A DNA stretch of 64,000 bases, taken from NCBI RefSeq assembly GCF_006345805.1, contig NC_043006.1:22630001-22694000 (forward strand), in the 5' to 3' direction. This document shows, piece by piece, positions 1 to 12,325 of the stretch (position 1 is the stretch's first letter; each line of letters begins with the position of its first letter). The DNA is from Octopus sinensis (Eukaryota). The translations under genes and the position numbers were made by a program. The notes beneath the pieces were generated by a model. It was not told the DNA's origin, did not search any database, and was given only the letters and a program-made list of their open reading frames with translations.

Positions 1-413
1 TGTCCTACAATGTAATTCTAAACATAAACAATCACACATTTGGTACCTGACACCTGTCCTACATGTAATTCTGAAAATAAACAATCACACATTGGTACCT
101 GACACCTGTTCTACAATGTAATTCTAAACATAACAATCACACATTTGGTACCTGACACCTGTCCTACAATGTAATTCTAAACATAAACAATCACACATTT
201 GGTACCTGACACCTGTCCTACAATGTAATTCTGAAAATAAACAATCACACATTTGGTACCTGACACCTGTCCTACAATGTAATTCTAAACATAAACAATC
301 ACACATTTGGTACCTGACACCTGTTCTACAATGTAATTCTAAAAATAAACAATCACACATTTGGGACCTGACACCTGTCCTACAATGTAATTCTAAAAAT
401 AAACAATCACATC
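1..413. repeat. 54-bp tandem repeat (at least 7.5 units, runs off the window edge) inside a TTAA MITE
   Basis: Unit starts at 1, 55, 107, 160, 214, 268, 322 and 376. It continues into MITE body sequence ending aatgctaaatagttaa at about 513. Confidence 0.9.
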
Positions 414-841
414 ATCGAGATCTCAGAGCTATGAGATAATGCATGATTAATTCTAGACAATGTGAATAAAAAAGCATTCCATTTGACAGAATAATCTGAA
501 TGCTAAATAGTTAAACAGGAGGCAGAGTGACACCTGAAATTCTGTTGCATTTCACTAAGAATCTTCAGTCCTATAAAGTTACCATGGTGTAAATTTTGCC
601 CTGAAAAATTTGACTTGTATGTAAGAAAATATGGTACTAAATCCTTCATTATTTTCAAAATTCATTGAAATAAATCCAGTGTATTTCAACAGAAATATGG
701 TAAACAAAAAAGCATTAAAACAACTATTTTCAGTCTTGATTAGATAATGGAATAAATGTTAAAATTGAGGGGTAAAAATCAAGAGAATTAAAGATACAGA
801 ACATTGCTGTTTCTGTAATGCAGGGTAAATTGACATATTAA

Positions 842-1684
842 CCCTTTAGCATTCATATTACTCTGTCAAATAAGGCGGCGAGCTGGCAGAATCGTTAGCA
901 CACCAGGCGAAATGCTTAGCAGTATTTCGTCTGCCGCTACATTCTGAGTTCAAATTCCGCCGAGGTCGACTTTGCCTTTCATCCTTTCGAGGTCGATTAA
1001 ATAAGTACCAGTTATGCACTGAGGTCGATATAATCGACTTAATCCGTTTGTCTGTCCTTGTTCGTCACCTCTGTGTTTAGCCCCTTGTGGGTAGTAAAGA
1101 AATAGGTATTTCATCTGCCGTTACGTTCTGAGTTCAAATTCCACCAAGGTCGACTTTGCCTTTCATCCTTTCGGGGTCGATGAATTAAGTACCAGTTACG
1201 CACTGAGATCGATATTATCGACTTAATCCGTTTGTCTGTCCTTGTTTGTCCCCTCTATGTTCAGCCCCTTGTGGGTAGTAAAGAAATAAGAACTGTTACA
1301 CACTGGGTAAAATGCTTAACGTTTCATCGATCATGACATTCTGAGTTCAAATTCTGCCAAAATCAACTTTGCCTTTCATCACTTCAGTTAAATAAGTAGC
1401 AGTTGAGCACTGGGGTTGATGTAACCGACTTATTCAACTCCCCTGAAATTGCTGGCCTTGTGCCAAAATTTGAAATCATATTAGTCTGTCAAATGTAAAG
1501 ATTATTTATTCACATTGTTTTGAATTAATCATACATTACCACATAGCTTTGAGATTTTGATGATGTGGTTGTGTATTTTTAGAATGACATTTTAGGGTCA
1601 GTGTGAGAGGCCATATCCGGCCAGTTTGGACACAAAACAAGTAGACTATTTGGGCTGTATATGGCTGGTCTAAATGCTAAAAGG
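842..1684 (+). mobile_element. piggyBac-type MITE with nested SINE sequence
   Basis: TTAA at 838-841 and 1685-1688; termini ccctttagcatt / aatgctaaaagg; SINE inserted from about 873. Confidence 0.7.
873..1290 (+). mobile_element. tRNA-derived SINE, family B (ggcggcgagctggcag...), with internal tandem duplication
   Basis: A/B-box-like head (gttcaaattcc) and conserved gcctttcatcctttcggggtcgat core. Further copies near 11795, 12697, 36757 (+) and 15955-16185, 16870-17100, 23060-23290, 25080-25252 (-). Confidence 0.85.
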
Positions 1685-3180
1685 TTAAGTGATGCAAATT
1701 TAAGATACACAAATGATATATACACCTAAAGAAACTGAAAACACAACAAAATATGTAAAAATAATATTGCTTTTCCAAATTTTTTTATAAACATATATAT
1801 TTAAAACAAAAAAACAAAATGTGAAAGAAATTGACAATTGAGAAATATAACTATCAAAATATATAATTTTATTAAAATATAAAAAAATATGAATTTTTAT
1901 TTAGGATTTTTGTTCTGTTTTGTTTTTTTTTTCTTTTTTTGTGCTATATTTCAAGCTTATTTTAAAACAAATGTTTACTATTTCATTAGACATAAAAAGT
2001 CTGCATGCACACACACAAGACTTCATACATTCACAGTGTATACAAGCTCGTGATGTATCCTCAATGTTTTCCTTTAGTTTATAAGAAATAGCAAGTCAAA
2101 TCATCCTCAGCTCACACCTGGCTGCCTTAAATCAAGAAATGAATGCATTAGATAATGTGGTCTTAAGATTAGACAGTCATGGCTGGAGCTTTTGATAATA
2201 GATCCTAGGTTTACTCACTCAGCATAAACAATCCACCAATAATTACATGTGATAATTTTTAAATTATAGAACCTAATGTAAAAACACTCCTTCTATACAA
2301 CTGATGTACAGAAAAACTAAGAGTTAGTTTCCTGATGGACTGTTTGGTGGTTTGTTGACCACTCCTCAGGGAAGACATACCCATCTTCTTTCCCCAATCA
2401 AAAGCAGAGATCAGCTGCTTATAAAGCAGTCATGAATTAAGCTAGTACATTAGTAAATAGCCTAATTTGCATATTTGTGCTTTTGATGGTTTGTTTATGT
2501 ACAACACAATATAAACTAGAAGGACTGCAATAAATTAAAAGTTATAAAACCTTGCCATGGGTAAATTGAGAATAAGAATGTGAACACAAATTTTCTATAC
2601 TACTGATTTGTGGAAAAAAAGTCACAGAGTCTCCTGCCAGACTGTTTCATGATTTGTTGAGCCCTCTTCGTACAAGATGCAACAATCTTCCTTGTTCAAT
2701 CAACAGCATTAATTAGTTGCTTATAAAGCAGCTTTAATGCTCAAGTAAATCATTCTTCTGTTTTGCATGGCCTACAGAAGTAATTACAAATGGGTAGAGA
2801 GAATCATTTAACATACAAACGTATATGAATGCCAGTGAATATGGAAACGCACAAGCAGAAGAATAAGAGAAATTATAGAGAACAATAAATATGAGGGAGG
2901 AAAGAGCTTGGGCAGAGGTTTAACTCACAGCTCATAGATAACGACCAATGTGCAGGAAGAATAGTATGGGGAACATAAATGAATTTTGGGATAGAATGTA
3001 TATCAGGAAGAAACTCATTACCAGACGCTGTAATGATACAATCTAATAAGAAACCTTAGATCCAGAGACAAAATAAAGCTGGAGCCCACAAGTATACAGT
3101 TTAGCTACGATATGGAATATGGCTGAATGCTTTTTTTTTTGCTCATGTCAAATGCACAATATTTCTTCAGAATGAGGAAA

Positions 3181-3618
3181 TCAGAACCAAAATCGAAGTC
3201 GATCAACATCAATGGAAATTGCAGCTGTGATACCAGTGCCGGTGACACGTAAGTGAACCGTCCGATCGTGGCCATTGCCAGCACCACCCCGACTGGCTTC
3301 CGTGCCGGTGGCACATAAAAAGCACCGTCCAATCATGGCCGTTGCCAGCCTCGCCTGGCCCCCATGCCGGTGGCACGTAAAAAGCACCATCTGACCGTGG
3401 CCGTCTACCAGCCCCGTCTGGCACCTGTGCCGGTGGCACATAAAAAGCACCCACTACACTCACCGAGTGGTTGGCGTTAGGAAGGGCATCCAGCTGTAGA
3501 AACATTGCCAGATCAGACTGGGCCTGGTGCAGCCTTCTGGCTTCCCAGACCCCAGTTGAACCTTCCAACCCATGCTAGCATGGAAAGCAGACACTAAATG
3601 ATGATGATGATGATGATG
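3181..3618 (+). mobile_element. RTE LINE 3' end (5'-truncated) with (GAT)n tail
   Basis: Same 3' UTR as the long RTE at 58800-61632. Other copies near 15075-15222, 18100-18370, 27880-28112, 49060-49660 (+) and 18955-19190, 48528-48700 (-). Confidence 0.8.
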
Positions 3619-3950
3619 AGTGTCCCCCTAGCCAGTGACATAGGAGTAGGCCTCTCGTAAATCTGGTTTCATTTCAAAGATAGGAAAAAGTGACGTGGGA
3701 AAATTTTGTTGCTACAGAACCTGGTTGAACAACCCTGGTTAGACTGGTATATACCACCACTATTTAATGGCCCTGCACAGTATGGTTCCAGATTTAACAG
3801 AACTATAGCTCATCTGTAAAGTGGGGCTTTGGAATTTTTACCAAATATTCAAATAGTTATAGGTCTCCTTCAGTAGAGCTGACAATTTGTTGTTATTACA
3901 AAACAGATAAAAGTAAAGCATGATATGTAAAATGTGATGAAACAATGATA

Positions 3951-4834
3951 CAAGGTGGTGTCAAAAAGTTCCCAGACTAGTTCTGTTGTGCACCAACAGA
4001 TGGCAGCACACAGTTGTGTGCACAGTGAGAGCTAGCAATAACCTTCATGAGGCAGTGGCTGAGTGACATTGCTGCATTTACTTTGCATGTTGTGAAATTT
4101 GTGATTTTGTGATCATGTGTATACTAGAGTCTGCAATTTTTGTCATGGATAGGAAGTTGGAACAAGTCTGCTACACAGACATCGAGCATGTTTTGGCAAG
4201 CTTATGGTAACGCGGCAATGGGTCATACGCAATGTTCCGAATGGCACAGGCACTTCAAAAGTTGAAGAACATCCCTGGAAGACGATGAGCGATCTGGAAG
4301 ACCTGCTACAAGCATCCCACTAAGAAATGTGGAGAAAATTCATCAGCTTTTGCATGAGGATCGTCAGAGGACAATCAATGATGTTTTGAAGTGTTTTGAG
4401 GGAGGGCATTTGGTGAAAGTGACCAGATCTGTGGAGTGAAAGGAACTGGATTCCTCAGGGCAACAATGCACCGTATCACCAAGCTCTCCTCACTTGTGAG
4501 TTTCTTACCAAAAACAAAATGGTTTCACTTCCACACCGACCCCCATTCGCCAAATTTAGCCCCTGCATACTTCCATCTCTTCCCCAAGATGAAAATGCAG
4601 CTCAAAGGTTGCCATCTTAACACCAATGTCAAGATCAAGAGTGAATTGCAGAAAGACCTTGACTCGCTTATGGAAAACAACTTCCAAACCAGATCATAAA
4701 AATGTTGAGCACGCTGGAATCAGTGTATTGCTACACAAGGTGACTATTTTGAAGGAGATGAGGTTAAAACTTAGATAAATAGGTTATTTGTTTATTAAAC
4801 ATAACTAGTCTGGGAACCCTTTGATATCACCTTG
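3951..4834 (+). mobile_element. Internally deleted, degenerate mariner element
   Basis: TA-flanked TIRs caaggtggtgtcaaaaagttcccagactagtt / aactagtctgggaaccctttgatatcaccttg. Remnants of LEDDERSGRP, PHSPNLAPAYFHLFPKMK and WNQCI..QGDYFE. Confidence 0.85.
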
Positions 4835-4997
4835 TACATACATGAAAGATGAACAAGCTGTTAGAGTGTTGTATATGATGAAAATAGCACCAATGCGATA
4901 GTGTATATTGCTTGATCTTTTGAGATGGGAAACATCAATTAATGAGTGAGCAGATCTTATTATCTTCAGAGAGAGTTCACCACTGATACAATATTAA

Positions 4998-5218
4998 CCC
5001 TTTCATTACCAACCTGGCTGAAACCGGCTCTGGCTCAGTAGTACAAATGTCTTGTTTTCATAAGTTTTGAATTAAAATCTTCCACCAAACCTTATTCACA
5101 ATTTATGTTCCTAACACCAGCTTAATGATAACTAAGTTATTTTATTAAATTCTTTGTTATATTTAAAGTAATTGAAAGAAACACAGAGCATCTCAAAATA
5201 AATACAGTAATGAAAGGG
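4998..5218. mobile_element. piggyBac-type MITE (221 bp)
   Basis: Perfect 12-bp TIR ccctttcattac / gtaatgaaaggg flanked by TTAA on both sides. Confidence 0.85.
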
Positions 5219-6929
5219 TTAAGCGGAAGTTCTAAAACAAACTAAGCATAAGAATGTAATAAAGTATTAAAATGATTAGATAGCTTAAGTGGGACATAAA
5301 AAAAAAACTCAAGATGAATGTTTTGTTTTACATTAAGAGTTGATGGTACAGCCATGAGTTTGATAAAACTTGGCAAGACATATTTTATACCAGCTGAAGT
5401 TTGAACCACCTTGAGTTTGAGATCATACAATGAGTAAAAATCTTATGGAGTTTTCATGTTCAAACAAACTGCACAACATAATGCAACATGTCTAACTTTT
5501 TAATCCTACTGTGAACAATCTTGTCTCACCTTGTCTCAACATTGTGTTGCAGCTGCAACCAAGCATCAACATCATACAAGTGATGTCATGCATTTCTAAT
5601 CTTCAGTGAAAACACGTCTGGCCATAGGAAAATATTACCTTACTTGGAAACAAGTGAGAGTTGGAGACAGGAAAGGCATCCAGCCATAGAAACATCAACC
5701 TCAATCAATACTGTCCAACCCATGAAATTTACCAATATATTAGCTATAGATAATTTATACTGATTTTATATTAAAATATCGACATAACACCAGTAATTCA
5801 AATTGAGATACATACATCAAACATGTTAAAGCCTATCCTGAGCCTACAAACTGTTTCAGCTGAGAATATGAGACTGTCTCCTAAACATGACCACCAGTCT
5901 GTAGCAGTGTAAAACACTAAGTGCTACTGATACACATTTTCCATAAAGTGTTCAACTGAAACGGCAAGAAACGAAAAGCTTTGCTCAAGGACACAACATA
6001 GCGCCAAGTCAGAAAATCAATCTTCAACATCCTAATACAAGACTACACATCTCCACTTCAAACATACACTACATAAAAATAGTAACAGAAAGTTATGAGA
6101 AATGATTGGTAACATACTAACAAACCTTAATGAATGAAAATTTACCAAGACTAAAAAAAATTTTATCAAATCCCTTCATACAATGTTGCATTGTCAAGTG
6201 TCAGGGAGATATTATTAATTATTATTAACTGAGGATGGTTAAGGAGTTGACTTCCCATCCACATGGTTCCAGGTTCAGTTCCATTGCATGGCACCTTGCT
6301 ACAATGGCCTGAGGTCGAACAAAGCCTCAAGAGTGGATATGATAGATGGAAACTGAAAGAAACCCCATTATATATATGTGTGTGTCTCACCTTGTCTCAA
6401 CATAGTGTTGCAGCTGCAACCAAGCATCAACATCATACAAGTGATGTCATGCATTTCTAATCTTCAGTGAAAACACGTCTGGCCATAGGAAAATATTACC
6501 TTACTTGGAAACAAGTGAGAGTTGGAGACAGGAAAGGCATCCAGCCATAGAAACATCAACCTCAATCAATACTGTCCAACCCATGAAATTATGGAAAAGT
6601 GGATGAATCAAGGTATCATATCAATTACCAGAACTTTGAAAGCCAATATAGTTGGATTTCTCTTTTTGCTTTTTCGTGTTCTTAGGTTTAGTTTGATCAC
6701 ATTTAGTTGATCCAACAAAATAAACAGCAATCCTGTGAATGGAGGGCTGCTATGCTATTTGTTTTTTAAAAATGACCAAACATAAAAATGAAAAAGAGTG
6801 TAAATCATTCACAAATGTTACACAAAACCCATTGTAAGCTTCCTTGCCTTGACCATATCGTCATCATCTTTTACTGTCTGTTTTCCATGCTGGCATGGGT
6901 TATGATTGTTTAGAAACCATCGGTTTCAT

Positions 6930-7254
6930 TCATAAATGGAACATCAAAGGTGGGTAGGAGTTCCTTTGGTTTGTCTGATTCTCTAATATTTGGAGCAACA
7001 TTCGCTGTTTTAGTTCTGCATTTTCAGCCTCAATTTTTTCTTTTATCAATCGTTGTTTTTCACATTCAACTTGAATGTCAAGAAGCAGTAGTTCTTTCTC
7101 ATTCTCTTTCTGTGCCATTTCTAAAAGCTGTCTCTTGATATCTTCATTATTTTCTTCTTCTAATAGACTTCGGTAAAGTGGAATTTTCCTCTTCCTAAAA
7201 TTTTCAAAGTCTTTAGCTCCTGAAGAATTGTTACATGGGTTGCAAGAATCAGCC
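6930..7254 (-). CDS. Myb/SANT-like protein, coding exon 2 (C-terminal coiled coil)
   Basis: Acceptor tttctttattattcag|G (phase 2) joins exon 1 in frame; total CDS 1158 nt = 385 aa + stop. Encodes ADSCNP...KRQLLEMAQKENEKELLLLDIQVECEKQRLIKEKIEAENAELKQRMLLQILEN...FHL-stop. Confidence 0.82.
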
Positions 7255-7309
7255 CTGAATAATAAAGAAAAATGGTTAAAAAAAGAGGGAAAAAAAAACA
7301 TGAGTAGGA

Positions 7310-7730
7310 AGGTATCGTATTCAGAACTGGTCTTAGATTCATGACATAACTAGAAGATCAGACAAATGGAAAATAATGGAGGGTCTAGCTCCAAATTTTG
7401 GAATCGAAAGCTACAACAATCCCCTAACTGGACGGCACTGCACAGTACCAAAGGTCCCATCTTCTCCAGCGAGGATACGAACTCAATATTGTAGTAGCTT
7501 GGGATTCAAGGGAACACAACTTTTTAACGCCCTACCACAGAACATCAGGGATCTGCAAGGCATGGAAGTCTTCAAGAAACGTCAAGACAGTTTTTTTTAT
7601 CTGCAATACCGAATGAATCCACATCGCGGTAAAAGGCACAAAGAAGAGTGGCAACGTCCAAGTTGCAACTTCACCAGAAGCAATACTGGAAAAATCCCCG
7701 GATAGAGTAAAGGTGGTGCTGAAACCCATA
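7310..7730 (+). mobile_element. CR1/L2-group LINE 3' fragment in the Myb-gene intron
   Basis: ORF GLAPNFGI...GRHC.VP...SLGFKGTQLFNALPQNIRDL, typical of the C-terminus after the RT domain in these LINEs. Confidence 0.6.
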
Positions 7731-7764
7731 AAAGATAATATATATATAGTATCCCAAGGATATA

Positions 7765-7965
7765 CTCGTTTACTAGTTTCAGTCATTTGACTGTGGCCAT
7801 GCTGGAGCACCGCCTTTAGTCGAGGAAATCGACCCCAGGACTTACTTTTCATAAGTCGAGTACTTATTCTATCGGTCTCTTTTGCCGAACCGCTAAGTTA
7901 CGGGGATGTAAACACACCAGCATCGGTTGTCAAGTGATGTTGGGGGGACAAACACAAACACATAA

Positions 7966-7996
<31 letters not shown>

Positions 7997-8152
7997 CATA
8001 TATACGACAGGCTTCTTTCAGTTTCCGTCTATCAAATCCACTCACAAGTCGGGGCGAGGCTATAATAGAAGGCACTTGCCCAAGGTGCCACACAGTGGGA
8101 ATGAACCCGGAACCATGTGGTTGGTAAGCAAGCTACTTACCACACAGCCACT
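7765..8152 (-). mobile_element. tRNA-derived SINE, family A (gagtggctgtgtggtaag...)
   Basis: Head gagtggctgtgtggtaagtagcttgcttaccaaccacatggttccgggttca; tail gactgaaacaagtaaaagag. Further copies near 9200-9585, 20298-20690, 39305-39690, 40182-40620 and 51217-51610 (+). Confidence 0.9.
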
Positions 8153-8415
8153 CCGTAGAAAACACTTCCAAAGTGCCACAGAATGGGATTAAACCCAGAT
8201 CCATGTGGTTGGGAAGTAAGCTTCTTATCACAGAAACTAACTAGAGAACTTACAACTGCAGTATTTGTGTTAGTGTTTGTGGGTGGGATGGTAGGTAGGT
8301 AGATATTTTGCTTAACGAAATATATTTATATACGGAATAAAGGCAGGTGCAAAAAACAAAAAGAATGAAAAAATCCCATAACCTAAACCTATTTCTTAAT
8401 TAAAAGGGAAATTAT

Positions 8416-8838
8416 GGATCTTATCGGTTTGAACGGCAGTTATTTCTAGCAGTGTCATATGAAATTGTCACCCATAATTATGACCCTAGTATCGATCTAT
8501 TTATTGCATTTCAATCTGTTTTAGGGTTAGGATTAGGGGTGGGGGAAGGGTATCTTTTTTTTTTCTTCGGAAATGTAAATAAACCCAATCTGTTTCTTAA
8601 ACGAGGGACATATTCATACGGCACAGAATGTTTTCACCTCAATAGACGTCATTGATTAGTTGAAATTGCAGAAATTGAAGAAAAAAAACAACAAATATCT
8701 TACAAACTATAGAATTTTCTCAATAAAGCCAAGAGAAAAAGATGTTTTATAAACACATTCTACCAGTATACGAAGTTTAAAAGTGTTTAGTTACGTGGAA
8801 ATTATTTTAAAAAACTGCCGGTCAAACCGAAAAGATCC
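8416..8838. mobile_element. MITE with 8-bp TSD and GG termini (Merlin-like), copy 1
   Basis: TIR ggatctt.tcggtttgaacggcagtt; TSD gaaattat at 8408-8415 and 8839-8846. Confidence 0.85.
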
Positions 8839-9636
8839 GAAATTATTTTTTTATTTGTATTTCAAATGCTTTTTATTTTGTTTTTGGCAATGCGTGAATC
8901 TCTTATGTTCAAATTAATTAATAACATAAGTACTTTAAAAAAAAAAAAGCATGAAAATGTTGAAGTTGTGACTGGGTTAAATCCACGTTAAATGATTAAC
9001 TGCCACCAAATATCCTATTGAAAACAACACAACTGAACACGGAAACAACAGACAATTCTTTACGTATGTATACTTCTGCGGCTGCCAAACAAACAGTTAT
9101 CAAACTACAGGTTGACGTGAAAGTGGTACGCTATAATCAAAGATTACTTCCTTTCTCTTTTTTCACTTGCGTATTATTCCTTTTTACAAAAAGACGAATA
9201 GTGGCTGTGTGGTAAGTAGCTTGCTTACCAACCACATGGTTCCGGGTTCAGTCCCACTGCGTGGCACCTTGGGCAAGTGTCTTCTGCTATAGCCTCAGGC
9301 CGACCAATGCCTTGTGAGTGGATTTGGTAGACGGAAACTGAAAGAAGCCTGTCGTATATATGTATATATATGTGTGCGTGTATGTTTGTGTGCCTGTGTT
9401 TGTCCCCCTAGCATTGCTTGACAACCGATGCTGGTGTGTTTATGTCCCCGTAACTTAGCGGTTCGGCAAAAGAGACCGATAGAATAAGTACTGGGCTTAC
9501 AAAGAATAAATTCCGGGGTCGATTTGCTCGACTAAAGGCGGTGCTCCAGCATGGCCGCAGTCAAATGAATGAAACAAGTAAGAGAGTATATGCCGAGTCC
9601 AAAATGGTATCTTTATTACGATCATGATGATCTTAG

Positions 9637-9945
9637 GTACTACAGGCAAACAGTGGTCCCGGTGCGCGCCCTCGCGTACTCGCGCATCCGCGCCAGCTAG
9701 TCATGACTAGTCGATCCTTACTTTGTGTTATTTACTTTGTTTAAAAAATTATTTACTGTGTGTTTTTGTGTTTTATTTACTTTGTTTAACAAAAATTATT
9801 TAATTTGTGTAAAAAAATTATTTATTTTGTGTTTTATTTACTTTGCTAGGTAGTCGTTCTAGGATCGACTACTTACGACTAGCTAGCGCGGATGCGTGAC
9901 TGCGTGTGCGCGCACCGGGGCCACTGTTCGCTTCGCTAGTAGTAC
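9637..9945. mobile_element. CpG-rich foldback MITE, copy 1
   Basis: Long TIRs (gtactac..g.aaacagtggtcccggtgcgcgc / gcgcgcaccggggccactgttcg..gtagtac) around a T-rich core. Confidence 0.8.
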
Positions 9946-10311
9946 CACGATTTTATATAGAATGGGACACTACAGGGCAAACAAAAGACAAAAATATTAC
10001 ACGTGTTCGAATGATTTAAATGTTAAAAATTTACTTAGAAAGTATTTTATATACCGATTCAATTTTCCTTTAACTAGAACTTTGTTTTAAAATAAAACTA
10101 AATCAAGGAAAGAAAAACGAACAAAAAGGTTACAGGATCGAACCCGGCAGCCCATAAAAGCCTGAATTTGCAACATTTTCATGGGCCAGGTAAGAGACCT
10201 GCCGCAGTTGACACAAAGCACCGACGACTATGAGCTTATGAGTCTACATATGAACACTAAAAAAGAAATATTATATGTAAATAAAGAGAAAAAAAAACCC
10301 CAGATATATAC

Positions 10312-11144
10312 CGTTTATTGATGGCAGTATCATTGCTGAGACCGGAGCTAACATATATATTTGTATCCGAAATAAAGTTTTGCTGCTGATCTTGAGAACT
10401 TCCATCCATGGACCCGTCAACTAAAGAATGTAGAGCTTGGTGTTGCAAATTACTAAAAACTTTTAAATCCTCGTCAGAACTATTTTCATTTATTCTCTGA
10501 AAATTAACGCTGTTATCGTTACTGTTGTTATTGTTAAAGTTAATATTATTATTATTAATATTGTTATTGTTATTGTTAGTGGTGGTGGTGGTGGCGGCGG
10601 TGGTAGTTGTGGTGATATTACTATTACTATTATTTATCGATCCGTTTGTATCTGATTCATTGAGAATTTCGTGAATTTTGTTGACTCGAAGCTCAAACAA
10701 CTTCGGATCAATCAACAGTAATTCCCTACATTGGAGGCGAACTTTCGGATCGCTGTCCATTTGGAAGTAATCCGGTATCAAACGAACTAAAATAAGCGTA
10801 AACTCGTCTAAACTATCCAAAGGTTTATCTCCAGGTCGCAAATTATTTCTTTTTTCCATGAATCGCAATAAATCCATCCGAGAGTTATACTTCATACGTT
10901 TCCACAGCTCCTTCAGTTGCCTGTCGTCTCGAATTTCCGAAGATCCTTCGTTGAATTCCTTGGCAATATCCACCCAACACATGGCTTTCTGCAGATTCAT
11001 GTTGGAATTAGAAACTTTACTTTCCAAAATATCCACTCTCTTCGTCACGAGTTCGAGGAGTTTTTCTTTGTCTTTCCTCGAATAATTCTCACAACGCTTT
11101 TTAAATCGTGTTGCCGCTGACATCGTAACGTCTCCGCTATTCAT
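10312..11144 (-). CDS. Myb/SANT-like DNA-binding domain protein (Myb_DNA-bind_5 / MSANTD-NAIF1-like), coding exon 1
   Basis: Long ORF with the R..NYS..DKE.LLELV.....ILESK.....N..K..CW..IA.EFN.....RD..QLKELWKRMK pattern and an Asn/Thr low-complexity tract. Donor CG|gtatat (phase 2); acceptor ttgattctag| 6 nt upstream of the ATG (11150). Confidence 0.85.
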
Positions 11145-12011
11145 GTGGAACTAGAATCAACGATTCATAGCAAAAGAGAACATTTCAAAAGCAGAGCGAC
11201 ATAAAGAAGTGATAACAATCCAAGTTGAAACTAGTTTATTTACATCTCCTGTTCTGGAGCACAAGCAGAAGGGAGAGAACTCTCATTGCTTATTTTTTTA
11301 GAGCAATAACAAAGAAATAAATTTTTTTCTTTTTTTTTTATTTGTATTTGTTTCAATTATTGGACTACAGCCGGGCTGGAGCACCGTCTTAACCCTTTTG
11401 TGTTCACATTATTCTGCCATAATTAATGCTTTTTTTATCCACATTGTTTTGAACTAATCATGCATTATCTTGTAGCTTTGAGATTGTGATGAGGTAGCTG
11501 TTAATTTTTAAAACGATATTGTGGGGCTGGTGTGAGAGACCAGATATGGCCAGTTTGAACATAAAACAAACAGAATACTTTTGGCCGGATATGGCCGGTT
11601 TAAATGCTAAAGGAGGTACTGGCGATCCTTCGGTATAAGTACCATAAGTACCGGAAATGGCTCTGTTTACATTTCTGAAGATAACAGAAACCCTTTTTCT
11701 CCTAACCCTAACACCCTATATATATATATATAAAAAAACACTTTCTTGAAATGTATCCAGTACTTCCGGTACTTATACCGAAGTTACGCCCGAGCGAGCT
11801 GGCAGAAACGTTAGCACGCCGGGCGAAATGCTTAGCCGTATTTCGTCTGCCGTTACGTTCTGAGTTCAAATTCCGCCGAGGTCGACTTTGCCTTTCATCC
11901 TCTCGGAGTCGATAAATTAAATACCAGTTACGAACTGGGGTCGATGTAATCGATTTATTCCCTTTATCTGTCCCCTCTATGTTTGGCCCATTGTGGGTAA
12001 TAAAGAAACAG

Positions 12012-12325
12012 GTACTACTAGCGAACAGTGGTCCCGGCGCGCGCACACATGCAGTCGCGCATCCACGCCAGCTTATCATGACTAGTCGATCCTTACTTTG
12101 TGTTTTTGTGTATTCACTTTGTTTAAAAAATTATTTACTTTGTGTTTTTGTGTTTTATTTACTTTGTTTAACAAAATTTATTTACTTTATGTAAAAAAAA
12201 TTATTGAGATTGTGTTTTATTTACTTTGCTAGGTAGTCGTTGTAGGATCGACTACTTAAGACTAGCTAGCGCGGATGCGCGACTGTGCGTGTGCGCGCAT
12301 CGGGACCACTGTTCGCTAGTAGTAC
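12012..12325. mobile_element. CpG-rich foldback MITE, copy 2
   Basis: gtactactagcgaacagtggtccc ... gggaccactgttcgctagtagtac; same core as 9637-9945. Confidence 0.8.

Noticed and set aside
124-360. Cys-rich 18-aa repeat ORF
   Set aside because: Translation of the 54-bp MITE-derived tandem repeat.
2780-3180. Possible exon or LINE remnant
   Set aside because: Stops in all frames examined and no motif I could assign with confidence.
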